Assembly: GCA_951406725.2 (NCBI GenBank)
Contig: OX597817.1
Coordinates: 124,558,001-124,622,000 of the forward strand
Length of the DNA stretch: 64,000 nt
Source: Octopus vulgaris
Taxonomy: Eukaryota
Direction of reading: 5' to 3'
Below, piece by piece: positions 50,002 through 62,707 of the stretch; the stretch's first letter is position 1; each line of letters opens with the position of its first letter. A program made the translations under genes and the position numbers. The notes beneath the pieces are model-generated. The model was not told the origin of the DNA. It did not search any database and saw nothing but the letters and a program-made list of their open reading frames with translations.

Positions 50002-51900
50002 TGAGAATATGTGTCTGTCTATCTCCATGAGTAAATCTCTAAAACTCAAGAATTACCCAACTAATTTCATTCAAATTTTACACATGCATTACTTAGATTG
50101 CATGGGGTATTATGAACCCAAAAATTCTCGACTTCTTGCCTAATGTGGGCCCGGAGCAATCTTTTAGACTGGTTCAGCATTATGTGTCAAAAGTAAAAAA
50201 ATAAGATCCATATTGTAATGTGATATAATATTGTCTCACATTTATTCTTTCACTTTCAATTCTTATTTGATAACACTAAGATCATCTTATTTCTATTATA
50301 TTTGAAATAAATGAATGAATATAACTTTGTATCTTTATGGCCATGAGAGTGGAATGGTGTATTAGTATATGTGTGTTGACTGACATAAGGAGCAGCTGGA
50401 GGTGAAACTCTTGACAAAAAAAGTGAAGTGGCAGGTCCAAAGTATATAAAAATACACATTTACCATTCAATTACCAGTTAATAATTATCGCAGCTGCTGC
50501 AAGTTTGCAAGGTATTTAAAGTTACATATTAACCTTTGAAGTAACATTTGATATAAGCACTTATATATATATAAACAAGAAATTTGTCTATAATAATTAT
50601 TGTGGAATTTACCATTAAATTAGCAGGTGCATGTGCTTCTATTTGGTTAATTTTCTTGTATTTGGTTAATTTACACTGCCTACAAAAATAAAGACATACA
50701 ACAGCTTACAAAAATAGAGATTATTGTATAATTTTTTCTATGTTCATAATTTTTTATTTACTATATTGAAAATATACGTCACCAAAGAAAAGTTGTAATC
50801 TTTCCAGAAACAAGTATAAAGCAAGCAGGATTGTAGAAAACTGAAGGCAAGAGTCTCAAGAGAAAGGGGAGATGAGAGTTTCTCAAGATCAGCAAAGGTA
50901 TGCTGCAGCCTGTTAGATGGAGTCTCAAGATCAGCAAAGGCTCACTGCAGCACATCAAATAGAGCCTCAAGACAGAAGGGAGATGAGACTTTCCCAAGAT
51001 CAGCAAAGGCATCATGCTGCAGCACATCAGATGGAGTCTCAATACAGCAAAAGCATGCTGCAACTCTAAATGTTGAATCATTAAAACAACGTTTTAATGA
51101 TTAGACAGAAGTCCAACAGAATAGCTCTCATGTACAAATTCATTCATTGCAACTTCTGGAGCTGCTTTTAGATATGATTCTTCACTTTTTTATAAAAATG
51201 ATAATTATGTCCAAATTGGTGTACAAAACTGAAATTGTCATTTCTGCAAAGCTTTAAAATTTCCAAATGAAACTAATGCTATGTGCTGCTCAGACAGTAA
51301 GGTAAGATTGTCAGCACTATCAGCTCCTGGTCAACCTCTTATGAATCTTCTGTAAGGTACTTCCATCCAGTCAAAGGATTTTCTGAACGACATCAGACAA
51401 TACAACTCTGCATTTTAAATGACATCTTTTGGTGCATCTAAGGAGATAGTTTGAGCATGGATTTATGCCAACATTCAAAGTTCAAGGGCAAATCTGTTAC
51501 CGCATTGGTTCCCTATTACTCACAAAGGAACAACCAAAGTTCTTCCAAATTTGCTTTATGAGTAATGTAGGACAACAAACCTGAAGGAGGTGTCAAAACG
51601 TCAGATGATGGGTCATGTTAGACACAGCATCGACCACCACAAAGGAGATTATTATCCACTGACAGCTTTTCGGTGCATTCAAAAATCACATACTCCGACA
51701 AATTTTCCATGACAGGTTAGGGCCTGGAATCTTCCGAACAGACGCATGACATGTCACTTAGTCGAATTAGCCCACTATTTACTCCACAAATGATTAGTTA
51801 TTAATGCTGCACTTTACTGTATCACCTGTTTCAACATAACTGTAATATACATACAAATTATGCCATTTTAATCTTGAGCAGTGCCAGGTATTTCTGTTAG
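49990..51900 (+). mobile_element. Internally deleted Helitron carrying a pseudogenised RepHel N-terminus (STPR-like repeats, zinc finger)
   Basis: 5' TATATAAAACTGAGAA.(GTCT)n. 50780-51570 translates PKKSCNLSR.., 23-aa repeats ESQEKGEMRVSQDQQRYAAAC*M, CHFCKALKFPNETNAMCC..KVRL, FLNDIRQYNSAF*MTSFGA, FMPTFKVQGQICYRIGSLL..PKFFQI. 3' end CTTGAGCAGTGCCAGGTATTTCTGTTAG. Confidence 0.85.
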
Positions 51901-54722
51901 CCTATATGTGTGTGTGTGTGTGTATGTAACAAATGAGAGAAACAGAAAATGGAATTCATGAGATTCTTTGTTAATCACAACGATTGTTTCAATTCCTCTT
52001 GCATTTGCCCCTCATGGATGATACACTATACAACTGGCTATTGCGCATCCTTCAGTGCATACGTGTCTCATCAGGTGATGTTTCAAATGGTACCTCATTC
52101 AATAAACTCAGGTTTGGTCGGTTGGGATTATACAGCATGTTGTTATTTGCCTGTAGGTGGTTGCATATAGGCTTTGTGGTTTCGAAAATATACATGTGTG
52201 TGTGTGTGTGTGTGCAGTGCCTTGTAAAATACACTGGAATGAATAAAGCTGAAATTATTTCAAAAGTGTTTTGTGATGTTTCACTTGTGCTCCTTGTCTG
52301 AGGAAGAGGTCCTGAATTTAAAAAAGAAACACTAGCTTCTAAAACAATTATCTCCATATTTTATTCTGCCGATATTGTTGATTATGGATCTGCATGCCTT
52401 TTTGTCTAAAACACAACTTAGTACATAGTGAGATACACTCAGTACCACCAGAAAGTTTCTTAATCATATATATAGACAACAGACACAGTTCAGTGGTGAA
52501 ATAAAAACAGAAGAAAATGAGAAAATACCTTGATTTGCAAGGACCGTTGATTAATGTGAAAGGCAAAAAGGCCAAGGAAGACAGAGAAATGAAATAACAA
52601 TAAATTTACAAAGTAAAAAGCCTTAACACAATAGGGTAATACCAAATGACTATAATGGTGTTACTACACTATTTCCTCTATAATTTGTTGTAACATCACA
52701 CTAAGTTACTGATTTATTTTGATTGAATTTCTAATCTTGTTATGTCAAGGTGTGAACTATCTGTACACCAAAACACACACATATGCACAAGTATTCTTCC
52801 CATTTATTCACATTTACTATATTTACAGCTGTGTAGTATTGGCTATTTAGGACATGTTATAGTGACAGCCATAAATATAACAAACATGATTCTTTGTATC
52901 CTGAAACCAATGGATATAATTATTTTTGATTTCAATTTTGTATTGCTTTGTCAAAACAAAGAATTTACTTTACATTTTGTTCTATAATTTATACTTCAAA
53001 AGCAAGGCATAATCTACAACAAATGTTTATTTTTATAAAGCAACCAAAATGCAGGATAATCAAGGATTGTAGGCATTAAATCAAAATATCAGGATACACC
53101 TAATTAAAAAATGTAAGGCATTTTCAAAAGGAAGTATTTCATTTGATTTTTATATAATGAATTAATTCATTAACATTACAATTATATAATGGAATGCTTC
53201 ACATAGAGGGTGAAAGTAGTTACCAGTGTTGTGGTAGGTGCTGTGAGGATTGAAAATGGATTACACAAATCGCTGTGTTTAAGATAGTTTTAATCTTTTT
53301 GAACATAGCTAACTCAATGGCGAAGAAAAATAGACTACACAGATGCAAACTCTCTTTTGTCTCATTATTAATTAAGTGGAAGTGCAAAAAATTTTCAATT
53401 ATATTTTTGAGGCAAGCTGATATTTGTTAACACGAGAACTTCTGATATAATTGAATATTTTCTTAGAAGTATCATTTCAAATTAAGTATTTCAAAAATTG
53501 TGTCTTTTTGCAATGAATACATATTAGGTTAGTATGAATTTAACTGCTCTCACTTGTTGTTTGAGCTAGTAATTTATGATATAAGACTTCAGCTCCTTGT
53601 AAGTTTACTGCTTTAGAAATTGTAAACAATCAGGATTTAAAAGTTTCTCATGATTAGAATATATTTTTTCTAAAATTTCAAAATCAACACAAAGGTATAA
53701 AATGTTTCAAAACTTACAATAATTTCGAAAAATGTTCAAATTGTAATGTTTAAAATCTATTTACAATTGTAGTTTTATTAAATAGATTAGAGAGATATGT
53801 AGATGTATATAGAGGGAAAATGAATGAGAATTAAAAGTGGCAGAATCAATCTTTGATGGTGATTTGGCAGATGTAAACATTCACAAACATGTCTGCAACC
53901 TTTCATTCAAAATTAAAGAACAACATAAAATTATTCCCAAGCCTTAAAGCAATTTTCTGATCTCATCTAAGGATTGAAATAATCCACAGGGTGAAAGACT
54001 TCTGTTATTGTCATGGACAAAGAGAAAGAGAGAAAAAGAGAAAGAAAGAAAGTAAAAGAGAGAGAGAGAAAGGAGAGTGATGGGTGGAGAATAGATGGGT
54101 GGGAAATCTTCTAGGATAAAAATATTTAAAATGCATTATTTTCCTTCATTTGTTGTATTAACTTATATTTCAGTTTGTCAAAGCTTGCAATTAATCCTAC
54201 TTACTGTATTATGAAACAAATGTCTAAAAAACAATTCCCAATAAAATTTAACAAATAACATATAATTTTTGTGTGTAAGAAGTACACCTAAATTGCAATA
54301 ATAGTATTAACAACAATAATAAAAAATAATTTTTTTCTATTTTTTTTAAAGAAAGAAATGAAGACATTTTATTTGAAGATTTAATTCTTTAAGTATTTCT
54401 TATTTTTAACATTGTAATATTTATTGACATTTTCTAATTCTAAGACATGCAAAAACACTGAACTTACTATATTGACTCAGGAAAGATCTCCAACAATTAT
54501 TGCATCTTACACATCAGGATGGTGGATTGGTGGAATTGTTAGAGTGCCAGACAAAGTTCCTTGTAGTTTTTAGATAGTCTTTAACAATTTTTTTTTTTTG
54601 GAAACCCATTAAGTATGATTTTGCCATTACCTTTCCTACTTCTGGAGTCAGTAAAATAAGGAGAAATAAATCACCAGACTTGGTTTAATATACTACTACC
54701 TTACTTTAAAAAAAAATTTTTT

Positions 54723-54881
54723 AACAGATTAAGTCGATTATATTGACCCCAGTGCATAACTGGTACTTATTTAATTGACCCCGAAAGGCAAAGTCGACCT
54801 TGGCAGAATTTGAACTCAGAACGTAGCAGCAGACGAAATATCACTAAGCATTTTGCCCTGTGTGCTAACGCTTCTGCCAGC
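54723..54881 (-). mobile_element. Family M SINE
   Basis: GATTAAGTCGATTA..ACTGGTACTTA..AAGTCGACCTTGGCAGAATTTGAACTCAGAACG..CTGCCAGC. Confidence 0.85.
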
Positions 54882-55330
54882 ATACATACATTACCAAACA
54901 ATTAAATAATTGTTCCTTTCTGTACACCTTAATTTGATGCTTTCTCCCCAATTGACCAAGCATTTGGAATAAGAAGCTATCACAGCTCATTATAATACTG
55001 AATACAAAATAAAATTGGACAGAAAATACTTGTTGACAAAACTAAAATTTCATGAAGAACTCGACAAAAGCATTAGAAAAACTATGGAAGCTTTACTAAT
55101 AATATAATACAAACCTAAATTAAGCACATAGACACATCACATGTAAACACACACACACACACACACACACCCATATGCTTGTGTGTGAGTATATATGTAC
55201 ATATATATATAAGCATGTACAAACACATATAAATGCATACATACATGTACACAGTATTTTAGTGGACTGTCTATCAATTTAAGAGTTAGATCACAATAAA
55301 GAATATTTTGCAATAAAATATTCTAAATGT

Positions 55331-55381
55331 TCATTATCATCATCATCATCATCATCATCATCATTATTATTATTATTGTTG

Positions 55382-55424
<43 letters not shown>
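55331..55424. repeat. (CAT)n/(ATT)n compound microsatellite
   Basis: Direct inspection. Confidence 0.95.
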
Positions 55425-55425
<1 letters not shown>

Positions 55426-58400
55426 TGTCAATTACTTTGCATAACTTGTGTATATATTTCATCTTTATTAAATCTATATTATAGTTTTCTAGGGTGTAAT
55501 CATAACCTTGATCTTGCATTGAAAACTGTGAACATACTACTTTTAACATTACAACTTTATTTTAATTTATTTTATGTCTTTCAATGATATTTACACACAT
55601 GAATTCATCTGATTTTCTTCAGATCGCTCACTTTTATATATATCACTATCAACACATAGACAATAGGAAAACATTGACTACACATACCTCAAAAGAATTA
55701 AATATTGATAGCTGGAAATATCTGGCATCAAACAACTATTAAGTCAATGAAATAATCAATGAACTGCTTTCTGATAAATCCCAATAAACTGTTCCACTTG
55801 TGAATATTGAATTTTAAAATTTGCAGCTATTCAAGAGAAATTGTCCAGTTTATGATTGTATAATCATATAGGTGTATCCAGGTCACAGATTATTTTTATG
55901 ATGCATAAAATTTCATGTTTGTTTACTATTTGAGAAAAGCCCATTATTGGTCGACATTACAATCAGCAATTCGGAGGAAATGACTACAGATAATTTTGAT
56001 ATGAAACTAAGTTTGCTCAAGAGTAAAGATAATTTTTCATTTTTTTCCAATATTTTTTATTGAGTACTATATGATACAGACTTAGCATTTGGTTGATATA
56101 TACATTTGATTGAATATGTTGTATATATCTCCATTACAACTCAAAGTGGAGAGGAGTAAGATGGTTGAGTGGTCAAGTAATTATGATATTAGAGCATCAA
56201 TTCAAGTCAGCTGTATTCAAATTAAGTTCAGAAAATTTGATGGGTTTTTAAAAATAATTTGGACCACAGAAATAATTTTGTACACTGTGATCTGTAAATT
56301 ATGGTTTAGGCTAGGAAGACATTTTATATTTTAATACCATATTGAATTAAATATAATCTAAAAAGGCAACATTAAAGAAATTTTATAAATTTAAAAGGCA
56401 ATTGTAATTACACTAATTGGATAAAATTTATTGCAATATTTAAGAACTAAGAAAGAGCTAAAAATGAAGTTTTTAAGAATTTAGATACATTACAATAAAT
56501 TTAATAATATATAAACAAATGAAACAGACTTATTAAGCAAAAGGTAGACTATTACAGTTAGAATTTAAAAATGCTGCTTACAGTATTAAAGGAGCAGGTT
56601 CTCCACCACTATTCTAGATGAACCAACATATTGTTCATGTGGCTATTTATCTCACATCTGCTAAACACTGTGAGATACTAGACAAAGTCAATGAGTGAGT
56701 AATAGTGGCTCACTTAAACTGCTATAAATAACAGCCAAAATTCTTTCACAACACACTTATTCTTAAATTATGGAAGTGCATATTTAATATTTTAACCCTA
56801 GAAAAGCAATGAAAAAATAAATTATTTTTTCCAATTAGGTTGGTTTTGATGTTAGATCTGTTTTACCAGTGCTAACACAGGGACTGTAAAGCAACAATAC
56901 TGATAGTGAAAATAGAATCAAGCAGTAATTTTTTAGTGGTTATCAGGATTCAGGAGGTATTTAAATCATTTGAATCTAATACAAAACTAGAAACATTCAG
57001 ACACAGGGTGGTAGTTATGTTACTAGAGAATTTCAATAACTTATTTCTGATTTAGTAATAATTAGTCTAAGTTAGCAATCACTCATCTATTTATATTAGT
57101 ATAGCTATCTTTATAATGCCTTGATTATCAATATGTGAAAAAATTATTGGCAAGCATAGGTATCATGATTGTGAAAGTTGCAACAACCACTAAATATTTA
57201 ATTGCTTAGAGTATTGTTACTCAAATATAAGGTTTCCTTCAAGGTTTTCCAAGTTTTCAATTTTGTAATTTTTTTCCCATGAGAGTATTGTTTTTGAAGT
57301 GCCAAGAATTATTAAGAATAGGTGTTATAAGATAAATGCTAGTTGGAAAATTCATTTGTGGTTTATTACAGTTTAAGAAAAATTTTTAAATGGTTTGAGA
57401 GTTCGTTTATTATTAGCATTACTATGGAGGTGTAACTATTGATGTACGATAGTTAATGTAATAAATATAAGGAAATTACTAACTTAGACACAAGCTTTAT
57501 TGCTCCTTGCATCTCTCTGCATGTTTGGGTTAGCAGCAATGTATGCCTTTTATATTTAAAATGAACCACTTTAAGTAAATAAATCATGCTCAAATTGCAC
57601 ATATATTTCAAAAGTATTCAGTGATTGTTATTATTCAACTTCAGAGACAAGTACTCTCAAGCCTTGTTGGAATTCCATGATCAGTTTTGTCCCATGACTA
57701 GATAACTTAACTTGGCTAAGTTAAGTTGGAATTTGAATCTGTAGTCAGTATTTAAACTTTGAACATAAATATTCACGACAAAATCTGCCAGGTATTTCAT
57801 CCAACACTCTAATGACACTGCCAATTCAGTACTTTGTATCTCAAAGTAAGAAATATCGATCACACTTCATAGAAACAAGTGATATTATTAGAGATAATCA
57901 TGACCATTTCTTTTGATATGATGACTCAATCTATGTGTAAAATATTTCAATTATAGCTCATTGCAGTACAAAATGAAAACCATTACTTATGAGGTAAGAT
58001 AGTAGAAACTTATTAGCATGCTTGATCATGAAGGCAATATAACTGATTGGAAGGTAGATTGATAATATTAATACTAGCTTTTTCAGGGCTTGTGGTTTGG
58101 TGGAAATAGTAGAGTGCTGGTCAAAATACCTTGTGGTATTTTGTTGTGACCCTTTTAACCTGATTTTTCATCTCAACTTTAAATTTAACTTTAAATTTGC
58201 CTTTCCAGATTAACTAGTAAGAGTCAGTAAAGTATTTGTTTGATATAATTACCTGTACTCTTTGCCCTATGTTTGTAACCCTATATGTCTGGATTAGAAA
58301 TTAATTTTTCAATTGTGATGATTTGGCATAAATTGTACAGTCACTGATAAAATACTTTTACTACATTTAGTTGCATCCCTTACTTTCTGTGTTTGGAACT

Positions 58401-60342
58401 AGCCAAGATCAACACTGCCTTTATTTCTTCCAGGATCGATAAAATAAGAACCTCTTCCAAAATGTGTGGCCTTGTGCCTACACTTGATACCAATCAATAT
58501 TGGCTTTTCATGGAAGGGATAATGGATATTCCAATTATTCCATGCAGCTAGATTTAAAAGTAGATCTACAGATGACTAGGTGAAAAAAGGTGCTAAATTT
58601 TGTGGCACTACATATATGCATATACTTTCTCAGAAAGTACGTATAAATTTGCGTTCTGAATAGGGGAGGATTATTTCTTTTTCTCTGTTTAATATCACAT
58701 TTACCAAAATGTCTTTTCAGCAAATTTCTCATAATTTTCATTTGCCATGGCTAAATACAATTTCTATTTCTTCACAGTCAACTTGACACTGATGTAAAAC
58801 CTAAAATTCTCCATTTATAAGATGGATGTAAATTTTGTCTTTGATGTATTGCAGTAGACACTTTTAAAAGAAACTTTTTATGAGTCAGGTGATTATAGAC
58901 TAACACCTGTATGAGGATTACTCATATTCTTCAGTTAGAAAATAGCTCAGTTGGATGATATTGGTTGTCTCCAAATACAATTTGTGTGGAACTTTAATTT
59001 AGAATTATACATAATTTGTTTAATCTATTTAACAGAAACATCATTCTTGAAAATGTATAAGATCGCTTAAAAGCAGAACATTCATTCAATAAACATTTTG
59101 ATGTTAAATTGTTTTTTCACCTTCACACCCAAAGAATTTTTTTCTACATTATTTTCTAAAACATTAATTGTTGTGACTGTCAATTGCTCTTGCTTCAGCA
59201 AGGTGAGATAACAGTAAGGAACATTGGCATAGTTGTGCAGAGAAGTAGGAAAGTCAGTTGGGAATGCTCTTTGTCTCCAGAGAGCAATCTTATTAGTGCT
59301 TCTGCACTAAAGCTAACCAGTTTTATGAGACATAAAAAAAAATTTAGTATTTAAAGTATTTGGTTTTCAATGGTGAAGAAGGTGTTTATAAATGGTTTTC
59401 AAATGAGAAGAGGGTGGTTATAAATGATTTTCAAATGAGAAGAGAGTGGTTATAAATGGTTATTGCCAGATAAATTTAAGATCAAGAATATGTGTTAATT
59501 ATCAATGTAATATTTATTCTTGTTACTCAACCAGCATGCATGTAGAAAACATGAATAGGATTATCCAGTATGAATGCCTGTTAAACAAAGGTTGTAATAA
59601 CATATGAATGTTTATGTATGAGTATGTATATTTATATTTATGTTATGTAAATTAAACTCAATGAGAGAAAGAGAGGGATAGAGATAAGAACATATGCCTG
59701 CATTAAATGTGTTTGTTGTCGTCTTTAATTGTGTCTAAGTGAAGGAAAATGAATGAAAGTCAAGTGTGAATTTTCTTTTCACAGTGTGTGGTGCAGCTGA
59801 GCATAAAGCCTTGTCACAGTACGATGATCTCTCAAAAAGTCAGAATTCTAGAATATTTATTAAGTTTGAAAAGACTGGAAGAACAATGTTGATGCACAAA
59901 AGAAGACTCCATTGACTTTAAAAAATAGAAGTCTAAATTAAACGCATGTGTGTACCAATGTGGTTCTTTGATTGGTGAAAATCTAATGCTTGTGATCGGT
60001 GGAAATAACAATGTATCAAAAGAGCCAAATTTTGCAAATTTTCTTTCATCTTTTGTGTACAACAGCATGACAATCTCTGAGCGGTTGTAAATAATATCAA
60101 AGTTTAGCATTGTATATTGTCAAAAACATTCAGACAATATAGTAGAGAACTGTCTGCAACAATCACAAAGAATTATGTATTTTCTGGAAGAGCGTATACT
60201 GAAGACCTATCTACAAACTTTTTAAAAAAGTAAAACTGTTATGTAAATTTTGTCAGAACACTTGCATATTTTAGATCTTGAAATATTCATCTCCATTCAT
60301 TTCTTACAATAAGTAAATTAGATAAAATCCAAAAAAGAAGTA

Positions 60343-60553
60343 TATGAGGTGGTATCAAAGAGCTCCCAAACTACTTCTGTAACACACCAACAGATGGCAG
60401 TACATGATTGCATGCACAGTGAGAGCTAACAGTGACTTTCATGAGGCAATGTTTACTTAATAAGTTGTGAAATTTATGTTTTTGTGATCAGGTGTATGCA
60501 GTAGTCTGCAATTTTTGTCATGGACAAGAAGTTGTAACAAAGAGCCAACATGA
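60343..60553 (+). mobile_element. mariner-type 5' remnant (left TIR plus transposase start)
   Basis: TA-TGAGGTGGTATCAAAGAG TIR-like start, CAGATGGCAG box, ATGGACAAGAAGTTGTAACAAAGAGCCAAC = MDKKL*QRAN (mariner EQR.N.KF start). Confidence 0.6.
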
Positions 60554-61859
60554 ATCAATCACTAACATTTACGAAATAATACCTGTTATTTTTGTTCAGT
60601 ATTTTACTCTGACACTTGTCAAATATCAATATCCAAGTCACTTTTGATGACTCACCTTACACAATTGTTGTAGTCCAAAACAACTTTAGGCTACCAAATA
60701 GTCAGAGGTGCATACCCACTTTGGAGTTGAGCATATCACTACACTCATAATTTTTTGCAGTCTGTCTGGTGATGTGTTCACAGGAACTGAGTAGATTTTC
60801 CTTCTAATTTTATCCTTAAATGTCAATTATCTTACCAGATTTCATTTTCTTTTCAATTCACTTGATTTTTCTGTTTGTTGTGTCTAACCTTTTCTGTGAA
60901 ATATCTGTCATTTTTAGTTTGGAGTCTTACAAGGGGGATACTAATAAAGAGAATTATCCACAAATGAATGGAATCGTTTCTTCAAAAGAATACTACAATC
61001 CTGTTTATTTTAGCATTAAAAAGTTGCCAAGAGACTATATTTTATGAAGAAAGCACTATCAGGTAAAATTAATTTTTAAGAATGTATTACTTAATTTGAA
61101 GATTCTCTTTCAGTATCAGAGTTTCTCTTACTAGTATCAGAGTTTGTTAAGGTTCTCATATGTACATGTGAATGGAATGGAATCTTGCTATGCTTTAGTT
61201 CTTTCCACAAAATGTTTCATATCCAAAGCTTTTTTGTCTGAATAATATTATTTGGTTAGTGTTCACTCACTTTCATTTGATAAAGTATGTGCATGTGTAT
61301 TGTTGTGTTGTTGTCAACCATATTGTTCTTGATGTTCAACACAAAGCCAGGTGCCATTATTAATGTTTGTACTCATTGTGTGCAAGACTGAAATATTTTT
61401 CTAAAACTCTGAAAGATTTATGGCTTTGTTTATCACTGTTTTCCAGCTTCAGCAAAAATGCAAAAGAACATCTAAATCTACTTCATAACTAAAGCATTAA
61501 TACTCTAGCTTTTTTTCTTTATTGTTTTGTGTTTTTTTAAAACTGCAGGTGAGATTCTGAAAGCTGAGATGAGACTTTTTGCAATGCATTTATAAGAGTG
61601 AGTATGTTGTCAAAAAGTTACTGAAATTATTCGTATTAGTGTCATTGTCAACAGAAACATATATTTTTCATTTTAAAATGTTTCCCTTGCTGTACAATAT
61701 TCCTGTTTATTTTTAAACATTTGGTAAGTGTATGTGTGTGCTTGATTCCATTAAAAAGTTTCTTCAAGGTGCCTCTTGTAGCTATTTGTAAATTATAAAG
61801 TAAAAAATAAAGGATATGTAGTTACATATACATACATATATAAATGTATATAAAGTTGC

Positions 61860-62028
61860 GAGGACGTGGAACAAGTATAGTGTTATTGGACGCTCAGGAA
61901 AGGAAAGAAAGAAGGAGGACTTAACGTTTCAAGCAGAGCTCTTCGTCAGAAACATAGGAAAAGGAAAGATCCAAGGAAGGGAAGATGGAGGAAAAAAAAT
62001 CGTCAACGATACACACGCAGTCACATTT
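61860..62028 (-). mobile_element. Penelope-like terminal relic (homologous to 49.2 kb copy)
   Basis: Colinear with 49235-49390; hammerhead-like CTGACGA-A-GAGC-TCT-GCTT-GAAACGTT on the minus strand. Confidence 0.6.
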
Positions 62029-62189
62029 GTGTGTGTGTGTGTGTATGTCTATCTTCATTTCCTTCAACTATTATCTCAACTAACAGTGATGTAGATGCAG
62101 AGCAATTATATCCCAATAGTGGATGACACCAGGTAGCCCAAACTGTGAATGTGCTTTACTCAACACACTAATTGACATATACCCATTAG

Positions 62190-62225
<36 letters not shown>

Positions 62226-62409
62226 CAAAGAGGTCATAGGCCAACAGGTTTTGGGATCTGAAGATATGCCATAAAGTTACACCCTTTATGGATGGGTAAC
62301 CCTGTAAACTGGCCTTCATCAGGAAAATATATATATATACATGTGTGAGTTATCTTAGAGACCATAAGTCAGGGAAAAGATGCACTCATATATCTTTCAG
62401 TACAGTGGG

Positions 62410-62707
62410 TATATTATCCGAAATATATAGTATTAAATATCCATCATCGCTGATCTTATCAATTGCTTTCATGTAAAGGATACAATGGAGTCTTAGGTAA
62501 CAATCCGATTACACAAATTTAGCTACTATGGAAGGGAATATGGCGTCTGCTCTCTCTCCATAGTCCCCTTCCATATCAGTTAACTCTGATGAGTATAATG
62601 TTATATAATCAGATTGTTACCAAACACTCCATTGTATCCTTTACACAAAATCGATTGGTAATTTCAGTTGTGATGGATGTTTAATACTATATATTTCGAA
62701 TAATATA
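62410..62707. repeat. Nested imperfect foldback
   Basis: Outer arms TATATTATCCGAAATATATAGTATTAAATATCCATCA / TGATGGATGTTTAATACTATATATTTCGAATAATATA; inner arms TGTAAAGGATACAATGGAGT / ACTCCATTGTATCCTTTACA; central TATGGAAGGG..CCCTTCCATA hairpin. Confidence 0.9.

Noticed and set aside
52255-52311. Minus-strand acceptor followed by DLFLRQGAQVKHHKTLLK* (possible terminal exon)
   Set aside because: No recognisable homology and no convincing upstream partner exon; splice-like signals are common in AT-rich DNA.
53224-53275. Minus-strand DLCNPFSILTAPTTTL mini-exon resembling a Ly6 'DLCN' end
   Set aside because: The preceding cysteines are absent, the acceptor is weak, and no other exons were found.
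57704-57727. Perfect 10-bp inverted repeat AACTTAACTT-GGCT-AAGTTAAGTT
   Set aside because: Short and AT-rich, within a decayed SINE; expected by chance or local slippage.
59385-59460. 32-bp unit repeated ~2.4 times
   Set aside because: Ordinary small tandem duplication with no further structure.
59785-60240. Coding-looking unique stretch (ORF 59832-60110 and + strand fragments)
   Set aside because: Stops in all plausible exon frames and no recognisable domain.
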